Shown one piece after another: positions 54,335 through 63,357 of a DNA stretch of 64,000 nt. The notes under the pieces are model-generated. The model was not told where the DNA came from, ran no database searches, and worked only from the letters and a program-made list of their open reading frames with translations. A program made the position numbers and the translations under genes. Each line of letters starts with the position of its first letter. Positions within the stretch are counted from its first letter, which is position 1. Location of the stretch: contig JALHFY010000001.1 in the NCBI GenBank assembly GCA_022837635.1, forward strand, positions 381,693 to 445,692. The letters run 5' to 3'. Source of the stretch: Candidatus Shapirobacteria bacterium (GTDB lineage Bacteria > Patescibacteriota > Microgenomatia > UBA12405).

Positions 54335-54739
54335 TTACTTTCTTTTAACAATTTTGGTAACCATAGGAATCTTGGCAGCGGCCAGTTTCAGAGCTCGATA
54401 AGATTCGGATTCAGATACACCGGCGATTTCAAAAAGAATACGACCGGGACGAACCACGGCTACATAGCCTTTGACGTCACCTTTACCGGCACCTAAAGGA
54501 GCACCGGCACCTTTTTCAGTGACGGGCTTATCAGGAAAGATTCTAATCCAAGTACGACCATTTCTTTTGGTAGCATTGGCAATAGCTCGACGAGCGGCTT
54601 CGATTTGATTAGCTGTCACCCAACCGCAAGCCATGGCTTTAAGGCCATATTCACCAAAAGCAACAAGATTACCCTTAGAGTGGCCGCGCATACGGCCACG
54701 GAATTGTTTTCGGTATTTAGTGCGGGAAGGTTGTAACAT
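54335..54739 (-). CDS. rplP: 50S ribosomal protein L16
   Basis: MLQP.RTKYRK..RGR, QIEAARR, WIRIFPDKP.T, G.GKG. Confidence 0.97.
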   Translation of the reverse strand: MLQPSRTKYRKQFRGRMRGHSKGNLVAFGEYGLKAMACGWVTANQIEAARRAIANATKRNGRTWIRIFPDKPVTEKGAGAPLGAGKGDVKGYVAVVRPGRILFEIAGVSESESYRALKLAAAKIPMVTKIVKRK

Positions 54740-54745
54740 AATATT

Positions 54746-55390
54746 TTAAGAAGTTAAACAAAGGTAAACTTTAACACCGATATAACCGGAACGAGTTAAG
54801 CAAGGGACTTCGGCGTAATCAATACGAGCTTTAATAGTAGAGAGAGGGACCTGACCTTGGTGAAATTTTTCGCGACGACTGATTTCAGCACCATTAATAC
54901 GTCCGGAAAGGATTACCTTAATCCCTTTAACACCGGCAGCCATAGCTTTTTCGATAGCATTGAGAACCACTCGTCGATAAGGCATACGCTTGGCCAGTTG
55001 GTAAGAAATTTTTTCAGCAATTAGTTTGGCGGATAAATCGGTGTTTTTGAACTCTTCAACCTGGATATCAATATTGGTTTTAGTACCTTTTTTGTGAATA
55101 ATTTTTTGGACCTCGTTTTTAAGATTCTCTAATTCTTTACCACCGCGACCAATAACTAGACCAGGGCGAGAGACAACCAGAATTAACTTTATTTTTTTAG
55201 CGGAACGCTCAATGCGAATAGAGACGACTCCGGCGGAGTTGAGTCTTTTTTGAAGCATTTCACGAAGTTTATGATCTTCTAAGAGAAGTCTTTTGTATTT
55301 ATCTTTAGAAGCATACCAAGAAGAGAGCCACTCTTGAGAGTGAGGATGAGTTTTTAGTCTAAATGAAATTGGATTAATTTTTTGGCCCAT
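54746..55390 (-). CDS. rpsC: 30S ribosomal protein S3
   Basis: MGQKINP..FRL, RPG.VIGRGG, SGR..GAEI.R.E, G.VPL.T..A.IDY. Confidence 0.97.
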   Translation of the reverse strand: MGQKINPISFRLKTHPHSQEWLSSWYASKDKYKRLLLEDHKLREMLQKRLNSAGVVSIRIERSAKKIKLILVVSRPGLVIGRGGKELENLKNEVQKIIHKKGTKTNIDIQVEEFKNTDLSAKLIAEKISYQLAKRMPYRRVVLNAIEKAMAAGVKGIKVILSGRINGAEISRREKFHQGQVPLSTIKARIDYAEVPCLTRSGYIGVKVYLCLTS

Positions 55391-55392
55391 AT

Positions 55393-55827
55393 TTAAGATT
55401 TAACCTCGCCTTTGAGGACAATTAACAAACGACTATGACGCTTAATGATAATCCCACGAGAGAAACGAGAACCGTGAGATTTATCCATGCGTTTGATTTT
55501 CTGACCCTCATTGACAATAATGCTGTCAAATTTAAGACTGGTTTCGGAGAGATTATAATTGTTTTTGGCTACAGATACAACTGTTTTAATAGCTCGACTG
55601 AGAGCTCGGGCAGCAGAAGTGTTGGTAAAGGAGAGTTCTAGAGCTGCCTGTTGAGGTGACATTTTCTTGATAGAATTGGCCAAAAGTCGAAGTTTTCGGG
55701 GAGAAACTTTAAGATTTTTATCTTGATAACGACAGGTTTTAAATTCTTTTTTGACCACCACTGGTGCCTCCTTGAGAGGAGTGGTTTTTTTAGCGGTAGT
55801 GGTAGTTTTTTTGATAGTTTTTGCCAT
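55393..55827 (-). CDS. rplV: 50S ribosomal protein L22 with N-terminal Lys/Thr-rich extension
   Basis: SPRKLRL.A..I, A..NY, VNEG..IKR, I.KR.S. Confidence 0.92.
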   Translation of the reverse strand: MAKTIKKTTTTAKKTTPLKEAPVVVKKEFKTCRYQDKNLKVSPRKLRLLANSIKKMSPQQAALELSFTNTSAARALSRAIKTVVSVAKNNYNLSETSLKFDSIIVNEGQKIKRMDKSHGSRFSRGIIIKRHSRLLIVLKGEVKS

Positions 55828-55830
55828 AAA

Positions 55831-56106
55831 TTAGGTCTTTTCAATAACACGTTTAACAACACGACCATGACCTTTGAAGGTACGAGTAAGGGCAAATTCG
55901 CCAAAACGGTGACCAACCATATCTTCGGTAACGTAAACCTCGATAAATCGGCGACCATTGTGAACAGCATAGTGATGGCCAACAAAATCGGGAGAGATTT
56001 GACTGCCTCGGGCATAGGTTTTAATAGGTTCAGAACCTTTAGCAGCGGCGGTTTTTTTGATTAGTTTAGCGTCAATATAGGGACCTTTTTTAGATGATCT
56101 GGACAT
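55831..56106 (-). CDS. rpsS: 30S ribosomal protein S19
   Basis: [28 protein letters not shown]. Confidence 0.97.
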   Translation of the reverse strand: MSRSSKKGPYIDAKLIKKTAAAKGSEPIKTYARGSQISPDFVGHHYAVHNGRRFIEVYVTEDMVGHRFGEFALTRTFKGHGRVVKRVIEKT

Positions 56107-56108
56107 AA

Positions 56109-56852
56109 TTATTTACCACGTCGTTTAACAATTAAGCGATTGGAAGCTTTTTTAAGTTTTCGGGTTTTTTTGCCTTGAGCAGTCTTGCCCCAAGGAGTCT
56201 TGGGATGCATACCGATTGAGGAACGACCTTCACCACCACCATGAGGATGAGAACTAGGATTTTGAGCCACACCGCGAACGGAGGGACGGATACCGCGACG
56301 GCGAGAATCGCCAGCTTTTCTTAGCTTTTGGTTAAAGTGATCACTATTACCAACCTGGCCAATAGTAGCACAGGCGGTAGCTGGGAAAATACGCAGTTCC
56401 CCAGAGGGTAGTTTGACAGTGGCTTTGTCACCATCAATTGATTGAATAAAGGCGGCAGAACCGGCAGATTTAATCATTTGAGCACCACGACCAAGATGGA
56501 ATTCCAAAGCATGAATTGGAGTACCGATAGGAATATTTTTTAAGGGTAGTTTATTACCGTCTTTGATAGGAGCCTTTTCTGAATAGATAACCTTGTCGTT
56601 AACTTTAAGGCCTGCGGGGGCTAAAATGTAGGCTTTGGTACCGTCAGTGTAGACTAAAAGAGCTAAGTTGGCAGTGCGATTGGGATCGTACTCAATAGCA
56701 ACTACTTTAGCTTCAATATCAAGCTTATTTCTCTTAAAATCAACTAAACGAAGGAAGCGTTTGTGTTCACCACCGCGATGACGGACGGAAATCCGACCGC
56801 GAGCATCTCGGCCGCTGCTTTTCTTTTTAATAGTTAATAATTTATTTTTCAT
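56109..56852 (-). CDS. rplB: 50S ribosomal protein L2 (short N-terminus)
   Basis: GR...[37 protein letters not shown]. Confidence 0.97.
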   Translation of the reverse strand: MKNKLLTIKKKSSGRDARGRISVRHRGGEHKRFLRLVDFKRNKLDIEAKVVAIEYDPNRTANLALLVYTDGTKAYILAPAGLKVNDKVIYSEKAPIKDGNKLPLKNIPIGTPIHALEFHLGRGAQMIKSAGSAAFIQSIDGDKATVKLPSGELRIFPATACATIGQVGNSDHFNQKLRKAGDSRRRGIRPSVRGVAQNPSSHPHGGGEGRSSIGMHPKTPWGKTAQGKKTRKLKKASNRLIVKRRGK

Positions 56853-57129
56853 AGTTTAAGCTCAAAATATCAATTTTTTGATCTTTTTTAACAGTAATAA
56901 TAGCTTTTTTTAAGTCGGATTTGAAAATAGGAGTCCGGGTTTTCCAATTAGATTTAACTTTACCTTTAGTGATAAAAATGTTGACCGATAAAGGTTTAAT
57001 ATTAAAAATTCTGAAAAATTCAGCCGCTATTTGAGAACGAGTCGCTTTTTTATCGACAATAAAGCTATATTTACCCTGTGCTTGGGCAGCGATAGCTTTT
57101 TCGGTGACTAAAGGTCTTTTAATAAGCAT
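56842..57129 (-). CDS. rplW: 50S ribosomal protein L23
   Basis: IKRP.VTEKA, Y.F.V...A....I, KKAI.T...Q.I. Confidence 0.93.
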   Translation of the reverse strand: MLIKRPLVTEKAIAAQAQGKYSFIVDKKATRSQIAAEFFRIFNIKPLSVNIFITKGKVKSNWKTRTPIFKSDLKKAIITVKKDQKIDILSLNYEK

Positions 57130-57130
57130 A

Positions 57131-57766
57131 TTATTTTTGAAGTTGTTTTAGGGCGGCAGGAGTAAAAATTAAGAAGGACTGCCGACTCAATTCATAACTA
57201 TTGAGGGAATTAGTCGATAACAGACTCACCTCAGGCAGATTGCCAAAAGCTTTTTTAACATTTTTGGGTTGACGACTGGTTATGATAGCAAAACGACGAC
57301 TTTTTGCCAAGGAGCTTTCGGCTTTTTTAAGCTCAGCAATGAGCTTAACAGCAGCCTTGGTCTTGGCTTCAATGGTAGAAATTTTGTCAATTAAAATAAT
57401 GGCTTTGTTTTTAGCAAATTTAGTTAATAGAGAGCGCAGAGCGGCTTGGCGGAGTTTTTGGGACATTTTTAATTTAGGAAATTGCTTACCGGTAGGAGCA
57501 TGAGCGGAACCACCACCGACAAATTGGGGTGCTTTGGCAGTACTGTGACGGGCTCGACCAGTCCCTTTTTGGGCGTACATTTTTTTAGTGGTACCAGCAA
57601 CTTCACCGCGATGTTTAACTTTGGCATGAGCAGAACGTTGGTTATTGAGATAAACACGAATAGATTGAGCAATCAATTGGTCATTAACCTTGGCATCAAA
57701 AATAGCCTTGGGTAAGGTGATTTCTTTGATGACTTTACCGGAGAGATTGTAGAGACTAGTTTTCAT
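57131..57766 (-). CDS. rplD: 50S ribosomal protein L4
   Basis: K.RGEV.G...K...QKGTGRARH, AP.F.GGG..H.P. Start at ATG 57766. Confidence 0.95.
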   Translation of the reverse strand: MKTSLYNLSGKVIKEITLPKAIFDAKVNDQLIAQSIRVYLNNQRSAHAKVKHRGEVAGTTKKMYAQKGTGRARHSTAKAPQFVGGGSAHAPTGKQFPKLKMSQKLRQAALRSLLTKFAKNKAIILIDKISTIEAKTKAAVKLIAELKKAESSLAKSRRFAIITSRQPKNVKKAFGNLPEVSLLSTNSLNSYELSRQSFLIFTPAALKQLQK

Positions 57767-57767
57767 G

Positions 57768-58322
57768 TTATTTTTTGAATAGAGTAAGCCAAGAATTGTA
57801 ATGACCGGGAACGGCACCGGAAACGTAAATTAGATTATTTTCCGGATCAATTTTAACTATTTTGAGATTTAAGATGGTGGCAGTAGCGTTGCCGTAATGT
57901 CCGGGCATTTTCTTACCTTTAATGACTTTACCGGGGGTTTGAGCACCAATGGAACCAGGGGCGCGAGTGCGATCAGATTGACCGCGGGTAACAGGTTGAC
58001 GACGGAAATTGTGGCGTTTAATCACACCAGCAAAACCACGACCTTTACTGGTACCAGTAACAGCAATATTATCGCCTTCAGCAAAAATAGAGTCAACTTT
58101 AATTTCAGACTTAAGTTCGGGTAATTCTTCTCCAATGGTAGCAAATTCGATTAATTTATTACCCAATTGAAGTTGAAGAGCAGAATAACCGTGTTTTTCA
58201 GGAGTTCTAATCTCTTTGACAGTTAAAGGTTTGGCTTCTAGAACAGTAACTGCCAAACGTCGACCTTTATCGTCAAAAAGGCTGGTCATAGTTTTTTTTC
58301 TAGCGAGAAATCCGGATATCAT
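57768..58322 (-). CDS. rplC: 50S ribosomal protein L3 (short)
   Basis: K..MT..FD..G, GY.A.Q, SKGRGF.GVIKRHNF, RAPGSIG, KGKKMPG.YG, GAVPG. Confidence 0.96.
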   Translation of the reverse strand: MISGFLARKKTMTSLFDDKGRRLAVTVLEAKPLTVKEIRTPEKHGYSALQLQLGNKLIEFATIGEELPELKSEIKVDSIFAEGDNIAVTGTSKGRGFAGVIKRHNFRRQPVTRGQSDRTRAPGSIGAQTPGKVIKGKKMPGHYGNATATILNLKIVKIDPENNLIYVSGAVPGHYNSWLTLFKK

Positions 58323-58331
58323 AGGAAGAAT

Positions 58332-58640
58332 TTACATTTTAACTTCAACTTCAACTCCAGAAGGAAGGTCGAGATGCTGTAAACTATCAACAGTACGCAG
58401 ACTAGTACTAAAAATATCAATTAATCTTTTGTGAGTCAAAATTTGGTAGTGATCTCGGGCATTTTTGTCAGTGTGAGGACTAGTGAGAACAGTAAAAATT
58501 TTTCGGGCAGTGGGTAAAGGAATCGGACCTTGGACAGTGGCGCCAGCAGTAACGGCGGCTTCGACAATCTTGACCGCCGCCTCGTCGATGAGGCGGTGGT
58601 CAAAAGATTTCAATCTAATCCGAATCCGATTACCTTTCAT
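58332..58640 (-). CDS. rpsJ: 30S ribosomal protein S10
   Basis: IRIRLKSFDH..ID, GPIPLPT, SPH..K..R, HKRLIDI. Confidence 0.97.
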   Translation of the reverse strand: MKGNRIRIRLKSFDHRLIDEAAVKIVEAAVTAGATVQGPIPLPTARKIFTVLTSPHTDKNARDHYQILTHKRLIDIFSTSLRTVDSLQHLDLPSGVEVEVKM

Positions 58641-58643
58641 GGT

Positions 58644-59816
58644 TTATTTGATAACTTCAGTGATAGCACCGGCACCGACAGTCAAGCCACCTTCGCGGAT
58701 AGCGAAACGGAAACCTTTTTCCATAGCCACCGGTTTAATCAATTTGATAGTAACGTTGGCATTGTCACCAGGCATAATCATTTCGACACCATCGGGAAGA
58801 GTAACTTCACCGGTAACATCGGCAACACCGATAAAGACTTGAGGTCGATAACCAGCAAAGATGGGAGTATGACGACCACCTTCTTCTTTTTTCAGAAGAA
58901 CAACTTCGGCTTTGAACTCAGTGTTAGGAGTAATGGTGCCAGGCTTAGCCAAAACTTGACCACGCTCGATATCGTCTTTTTCTACTCCACGCAGAAGTAA
59001 ACCGACGTTATCGCCAGCTTGACCTTGATCGAGTTGTTTATGGAACATTTCGACTCCGGTAACCACAGCTTTGCGGGTATCACGCAGACCGACAATTTCA
59101 ACTTCGTCATTGACTTTGACAACACCACGCTCAATTCTACCGGTAGCAACAGTACCTCGACCTTTAATGGAGAAGACGTCCTCAATCGGCATCATGAAGG
59201 GTTTATCCAACTCGCGAGTAGGCTCAGGAATATAAGTATCCAAAGCTTCCATTAATTTTTTGATAGATTCAACGCCTTCGGCATCACCTTCGAGAGCTTT
59301 GAGAGCAGAGCCACGGATGATAGGAGTTTCATCACCAGGAAAGCCGTATTTAGTTAAAAGATCACGGATTTCCATTTCGACTAAGTCTAAGAATTCAGGA
59401 TCAGAAACTAAATCGACTTTGTTTAAGAAAACGACAATTGCGGGAACATTAACTTGTTTAGCTAACAAAACGTGTTCACGAGTCTGAGGCATGGGACCAT
59501 CAGGAGCAGAAACGACCAAGATAGCACCATCCATTTGAGCAGCACCAGTAATCATGTTTTTGACGTAGTCAGCATGTCCGGGACAGTCAATATGGGCGTA
59601 ATGTCTCTTGTCAGTTTCATATTCGACGTGAGAGATAGCGATAGTAACGATTTTGCTAGAATCACGAACAGTACCGCCTTTAGCGATATCGGCGTAAGAC
59701 TTAGCATTGCCTTGAACTTTGGTAATAGCCGCAGTCAAGGTAGTTTTACCATGGTCAACGTGACCAATAGTACCGACGTTGACATGGGGTTTGTTTCTTT
59801 GAAAGACATCTGCCAT
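58644..59816 (-). CDS. tuf: Elongation factor Tu
   Basis: [49 protein letters not shown]. Confidence 0.98.
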   Translation of the reverse strand: MADVFQRNKPHVNVGTIGHVDHGKTTLTAAITKVQGNAKSYADIAKGGTVRDSSKIVTIAISHVEYETDKRHYAHIDCPGHADYVKNMITGAAQMDGAILVVSAPDGPMPQTREHVLLAKQVNVPAIVVFLNKVDLVSDPEFLDLVEMEIRDLLTKYGFPGDETPIIRGSALKALEGDAEGVESIKKLMEALDTYIPEPTRELDKPFMMPIEDVFSIKGRGTVATGRIERGVVKVNDEVEIVGLRDTRKAVVTGVEMFHKQLDQGQAGDNVGLLLRGVEKDDIERGQVLAKPGTITPNTEFKAEVVLLKKEEGGRHTPIFAGYRPQVFIGVADVTGEVTLPDGVEMIMPGDNANVTIKLIKPVAMEKGFRFAIREGGLTVGAGAITEVIK

Positions 59817-59934
59817 ATGTTTTTATTTTTTTAAAAAATACTCCCGCTTTCGCGGAAAATTAATAACAATTAATTATAGCGGAAAACGCTTTAGAATTGT
59901 ATCAATAAGTTGCTAGCTTCGCAAGAAGGAAAAG

Positions 59935-62040
59935 TTACTTACCCTCAGGTTTGATGGTGAGTTTTTCTTGAATATCGCGTGGAACCGGGTCATAGTGACT
60001 GGGTTCCATGTAAAATGAACCTCGACCTTGAGTCAGAGAGCGGATAACAGTAGCATAACCACGAACAGCTTCTAAAGGAACACTAGCGTTAATGGTAGTG
60101 AAACCGAAAGATTCAGTGGTACCACCAATTTGACCTCGACGGGAAGAAAGGTCACCAATGACTGTACCTAAAAACTCAGAAGGAGTGGCTACTTCAAATT
60201 TCATGATTGGTTCCAGAATTAATGGTTGGGCAGCCATAACAGCATCCTTGATGGCATAGGCACCGGCTAATTTGAAGGCAGCCTCGGAAGAATCAACATC
60301 ATGGTAAGAACCGTCATAAACGGAAACTTTGAGGTCGGTACAAGGATAACCGGCGATAATCCCCTTTTGGAGAGTTTCGCGAACACCTTTTTCGATAGCG
60401 GGAATGAAGTTTGAAGGAATAACACCACCTTTAATTTCATTGACAAATTCAATACCTTCACCACGATTTTTAGGTTCAATGCGGATTTTACAGTGACCAT
60501 ATTGACCATGACCACCGGATTGGTGAATGTATTTTCCTTCACCTTCGGCGTTAGCAGAAATAGTTTCCCTGTAAGCTACTTGAGGAGCACCGGTTTTAAC
60601 ATTGACACCAAATTCCCGCTTGAGACGATCAACGATAACTTCCAGATAAAGTTCACCCATACCGGCAATAATGGTTTGGCCGGTTTCCTGATTGTAGGAA
60701 ACCTTAAAAGTAGGATCTTCTGAAGACAGACGATTAAGAGCAGCACCCATTTTTTCCTGATCATCGGCAGTTTCTGGTTCAATAGAGAGGGAAATAACGG
60801 GATCGGAAAAATGAATTGGGGATAAAGAAATTGGGTGATTTTTATCACAAAGAGTGTCACCGGTGACTGAGTCTTTAAGACCAATACAGGCAATAATTTC
60901 TCCGGCAAAACCTTCTTCAATACCTTCACGTTTATCGGCGTGCATGAGCAGTAAACGACCAACTCTTTCAGTTTTTTTCTCAGTCGCATTAAGCACCTCT
61001 TGACCGGTTTTAATGGTACCCGAATAAACACGAACATAAGACAGGGTACCGACATGGGGATCGGATTGAACTTTGAACAAAAGACCGGAAAAAGGTTCGG
61101 CATTGTCAGCTTTTCGAGTGAGAACTTCACCAGTATCGACATCAAAGCCCTCCACCGGAGGTAAATCTAAAGGTGAGGGTAAATAGTCAACAATGGCATC
61201 CAAAATAGGGTGAATACCTTTGTTTCTCCAGGAAGCACCACAATAAACAGGGAAAAGTTTACGAGCAATAGTAGCTTGTCTGAGAGCAGCTTTGAGCTCT
61301 GGTACAGAAATTTCTTCATCATTTAAGAATTTTTCCATTAAAGTTTCATCTTCACCGGCAATTGTTTCGACCATGGCGGCTCGGGCAGTTTTAGCTTTTT
61401 CCAAATAATCATCAGTGACATCTTTAATGGTAAATTCCAAACCTTCTTCATCTTTATCGTAAACAATCATTTTCATTTCCATGAGATCGATAACACCAAT
61501 AAAATCATGTTCTTGTCCGATGGGTAAAACTACCGGCACCACCGGAGCGTGTAATTTTTGTTTGATAGATTCCAGAGTATTTTCAAAAGAAGCACCGATT
61601 TTATCCATTTTATTGACGTAAGCGATACGGGGAACTTGATATTTGTCGGCCTGACGCCAAACAGTTTCAGATTGAGCTTGAACCCCAGCATTAGCATCAA
61701 AAATCATAATGGCACCATCTAAAACACGGAGGGAACGCTCAACTTCGGCGGTAAAATCGACGTGTCCGGGAGTATCGATAATATTAATACGATGATCTTT
61801 CCAAAAAGTAGTTACACAAGCAGATTGAATGGTAATCCCCCGCTCTCTTTCCTGGGCCATGGAATCAGTGGTAGTAGTACCGGCGTCAACTGAACCAATT
61901 TTGTGAATGTTACCAGTGTAGAACAAAAGTCTTTCAGTAGTAGTGGTTTTACCTCCATCGATATGGGCGATAATACCAATGTTTCTAACTTTGTCCATGG
62001 GGACGGTTCGGTTTTTAGTGACTTGAATAGCTTCCGCCAT
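59935..62040 (-). CDS. fusA: Elongation factor G
   Basis: RNIGIIAHID.GKTT, ERERGITI, DTPGHVDF, NKMD, EDPT, QSGG.GQYG, GSYHDVDSS. Confidence 0.97.
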   Translation of the reverse strand: MAEAIQVTKNRTVPMDKVRNIGIIAHIDGGKTTTTERLLFYTGNIHKIGSVDAGTTTTDSMAQERERGITIQSACVTTFWKDHRINIIDTPGHVDFTAEVERSLRVLDGAIMIFDANAGVQAQSETVWRQADKYQVPRIAYVNKMDKIGASFENTLESIKQKLHAPVVPVVLPIGQEHDFIGVIDLMEMKMIVYDKDEEGLEFTIKDVTDDYLEKAKTARAAMVETIAGEDETLMEKFLNDEEISVPELKAALRQATIARKLFPVYCGASWRNKGIHPILDAIVDYLPSPLDLPPVEGFDVDTGEVLTRKADNAEPFSGLLFKVQSDPHVGTLSYVRVYSGTIKTGQEVLNATEKKTERVGRLLLMHADKREGIEEGFAGEIIACIGLKDSVTGDTLCDKNHPISLSPIHFSDPVISLSIEPETADDQEKMGAALNRLSSEDPTFKVSYNQETGQTIIAGMGELYLEVIVDRLKREFGVNVKTGAPQVAYRETISANAEGEGKYIHQSGGHGQYGHCKIRIEPKNRGEGIEFVNEIKGGVIPSNFIPAIEKGVRETLQKGIIAGYPCTDLKVSVYDGSYHDVDSSEAAFKLAGAYAIKDAVMAAQPLILEPIMKFEVATPSEFLGTVIGDLSSRRGQIGGTTESFGFTTINASVPLEAVRGYATVIRSLTQGRGSFYMEPSHYDPVPRDIQEKLTIKPEGK

Positions 62041-62055
62041 TTTAGATTTGAGATA

Positions 62056-62126
62056 ATAACTAGATAATTAGATAACTAGATAATTAGTTAATAGTTATTA
62101 GTTGAGAGTTAATGGTTAATAGATTT
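62056..62126. repeat. Degenerate 8-/7-nt tandem repeats upstream of fusA
   Basis: ATAAC TAGATAAT TAGATAAC TAGATAAT TAGTTAA TAGTTAT TAGTTGA GAGTTAA TGGTTAA TAGATTT. Confidence 0.7.
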
Positions 62127-62148
62127 CAAACATAGTATCATAGCATAA

Positions 62149-63357
62149 ATGAAGACGAAAATATTAGTGGTTGGGGGTGGAATTGGCGGAATGACTGTAG
62201 CTTATCGTTTGCTACAAAAAGGTTATCAAGTGACTGTAGTAGAAAAAGACAGGGATTTAGGTGGACTTTTGGGAGGATTTTCAATGTATAGCACGAATTT
62301 AGAAAAAGCCTACCATCATATCTTTAAAACTGATAAGTATATTATTGATTTAATTAAGGAATTGGGTTTGGAGAAAAAATTAAAATGGTATGAAAGTAAA
62401 ACAGGATTGTATTATGAGGGAAAAATGTATCCCTTTGCCGGAGCCTTGGATTTATTAAGATTTAAGCCTTTGGGTTTTATGGATAAAGTTCGCCTAGGGT
62501 TAATGAAGATTTATTTGGAAAAAGAAAATAATTGGCAAAAATTTGAAAATGTTTTGGCTTATAAATGGCTGGAAAATTGGTGTGGCAAGAGAGCTTATAA
62601 GGTAGTCTGGGAACCACTGCTGAAAGGAAAGTTTTCGGATAGATACAAGGATATTTCAATGGCCTGGATGTGGGCTCGAATTAACACTCGAGGAAATTCC
62701 AGCGAGGCTGGGAAGGAACTGTTGGGATACATGCAAGGAGGTTTTGATCAGATTACACAAGAATTGGCAAAAAGAATTAAAAAGATGGGTGGAGTCATTA
62801 AATCTAATTCAGAAGTGAAGATTAATTTGATTAAAAATAAATATGATTTTATTATTACCAGCCAAAATTTGAAAAATGTCGATTATTTAGGGGCAATAAC
62901 AGTTGTTTTTAGTTCGAAGCAAAAACTTAGTCCTTATTATTGGCACAATATCAATGATACCAACTCCCCTTTTCTGGCTTTTATTGAACATACTAATTTG
63001 GTCGGGACTAAAAATTATCAAGGGCGACACATTTATTACATGGGAACATATTTGCCCCAAAATCATCACTATTTTACGGATGCGAATAAAAAAATATATG
63101 ATGATTTTTTTGAATATTTAGGGAAGATTTTTCCAAATTTTGAGAGAAAACAGGTGGAAAAGAAATGGATTTTTAAGTTTAAGAATGCGCAACATATAGT
63201 AACAAAAGGATATAAACCCTCCCCTAACCCCTCCCTTGACAGGGCGGGGAAAAAGCCAGTAGTCTTAAACATTAATTTTGCGAATATTTATCCGGAAGAC
63301 AGGGGAATTAATTTTGCGGTGCGAGAAGCTCTAAAGACTGTTCAAAAGTTCTCATAG
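62149..63357 (+). CDS. FAD-dependent oxidoreductase (protoporphyrinogen/amine oxidase-like)
   Basis: VVGGGIGG...A..L...G..V.V.E....GGL, E..YHH.F..D, GY..GGF, YPEDRG.N. Confidence 0.85.
   Translation: MKTKILVVGGGIGGMTVAYRLLQKGYQVTVVEKDRDLGGLLGGFSMYSTNLEKAYHHIFKTDKYIIDLIKELGLEKKLKWYESKTGLYYEGKMYPFAGALDLLRFKPLGFMDKVRLGLMKIYLEKENNWQKFENVLAYKWLENWCGKRAYKVVWEPLLKGKFSDRYKDISMAWMWARINTRGNSSEAGKELLGYMQGGFDQITQELAKRIKKMGGVIKSNSEVKINLIKNKYDFIITSQNLKNVDYLGAITVVFSSKQKLSPYYWHNINDTNSPFLAFIEHTNLVGTKNYQGRHIYYMGTYLPQNHHYFTDANKKIYDDFFEYLGKIFPNFERKQVEKKWIFKFKNAQHIVTKGYKPSPNPSLDRAGKKPVVLNINFANIYPEDRGINFAVREALKTVQKFS
63213..63254 (+). repeat. REP-like element within the oxidoreductase gene
   Basis: TAAACCCTCCCCTAACCCCTCCCTTGACAGGGCGGGGAAAAA; a C-rich island in a purine-rich gene, read as KPSPNPSLDRAGK. 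Confidence 0.65.

Noticed and set aside
58483-59834. Long plus-strand ORFs antisense to tuf/rpsJ, and similar ones opposite other conserved genes and the giant protein
   Set aside because: Expected antisense shadows from codon bias; no recognisable motifs or start signals.
62056-62126. Possible CRISPR array
   Set aside because: Units are 7-8 nt with no spacers. I saw no CRISPR array in the window, and the Cas4-like gene has no cas neighbours.
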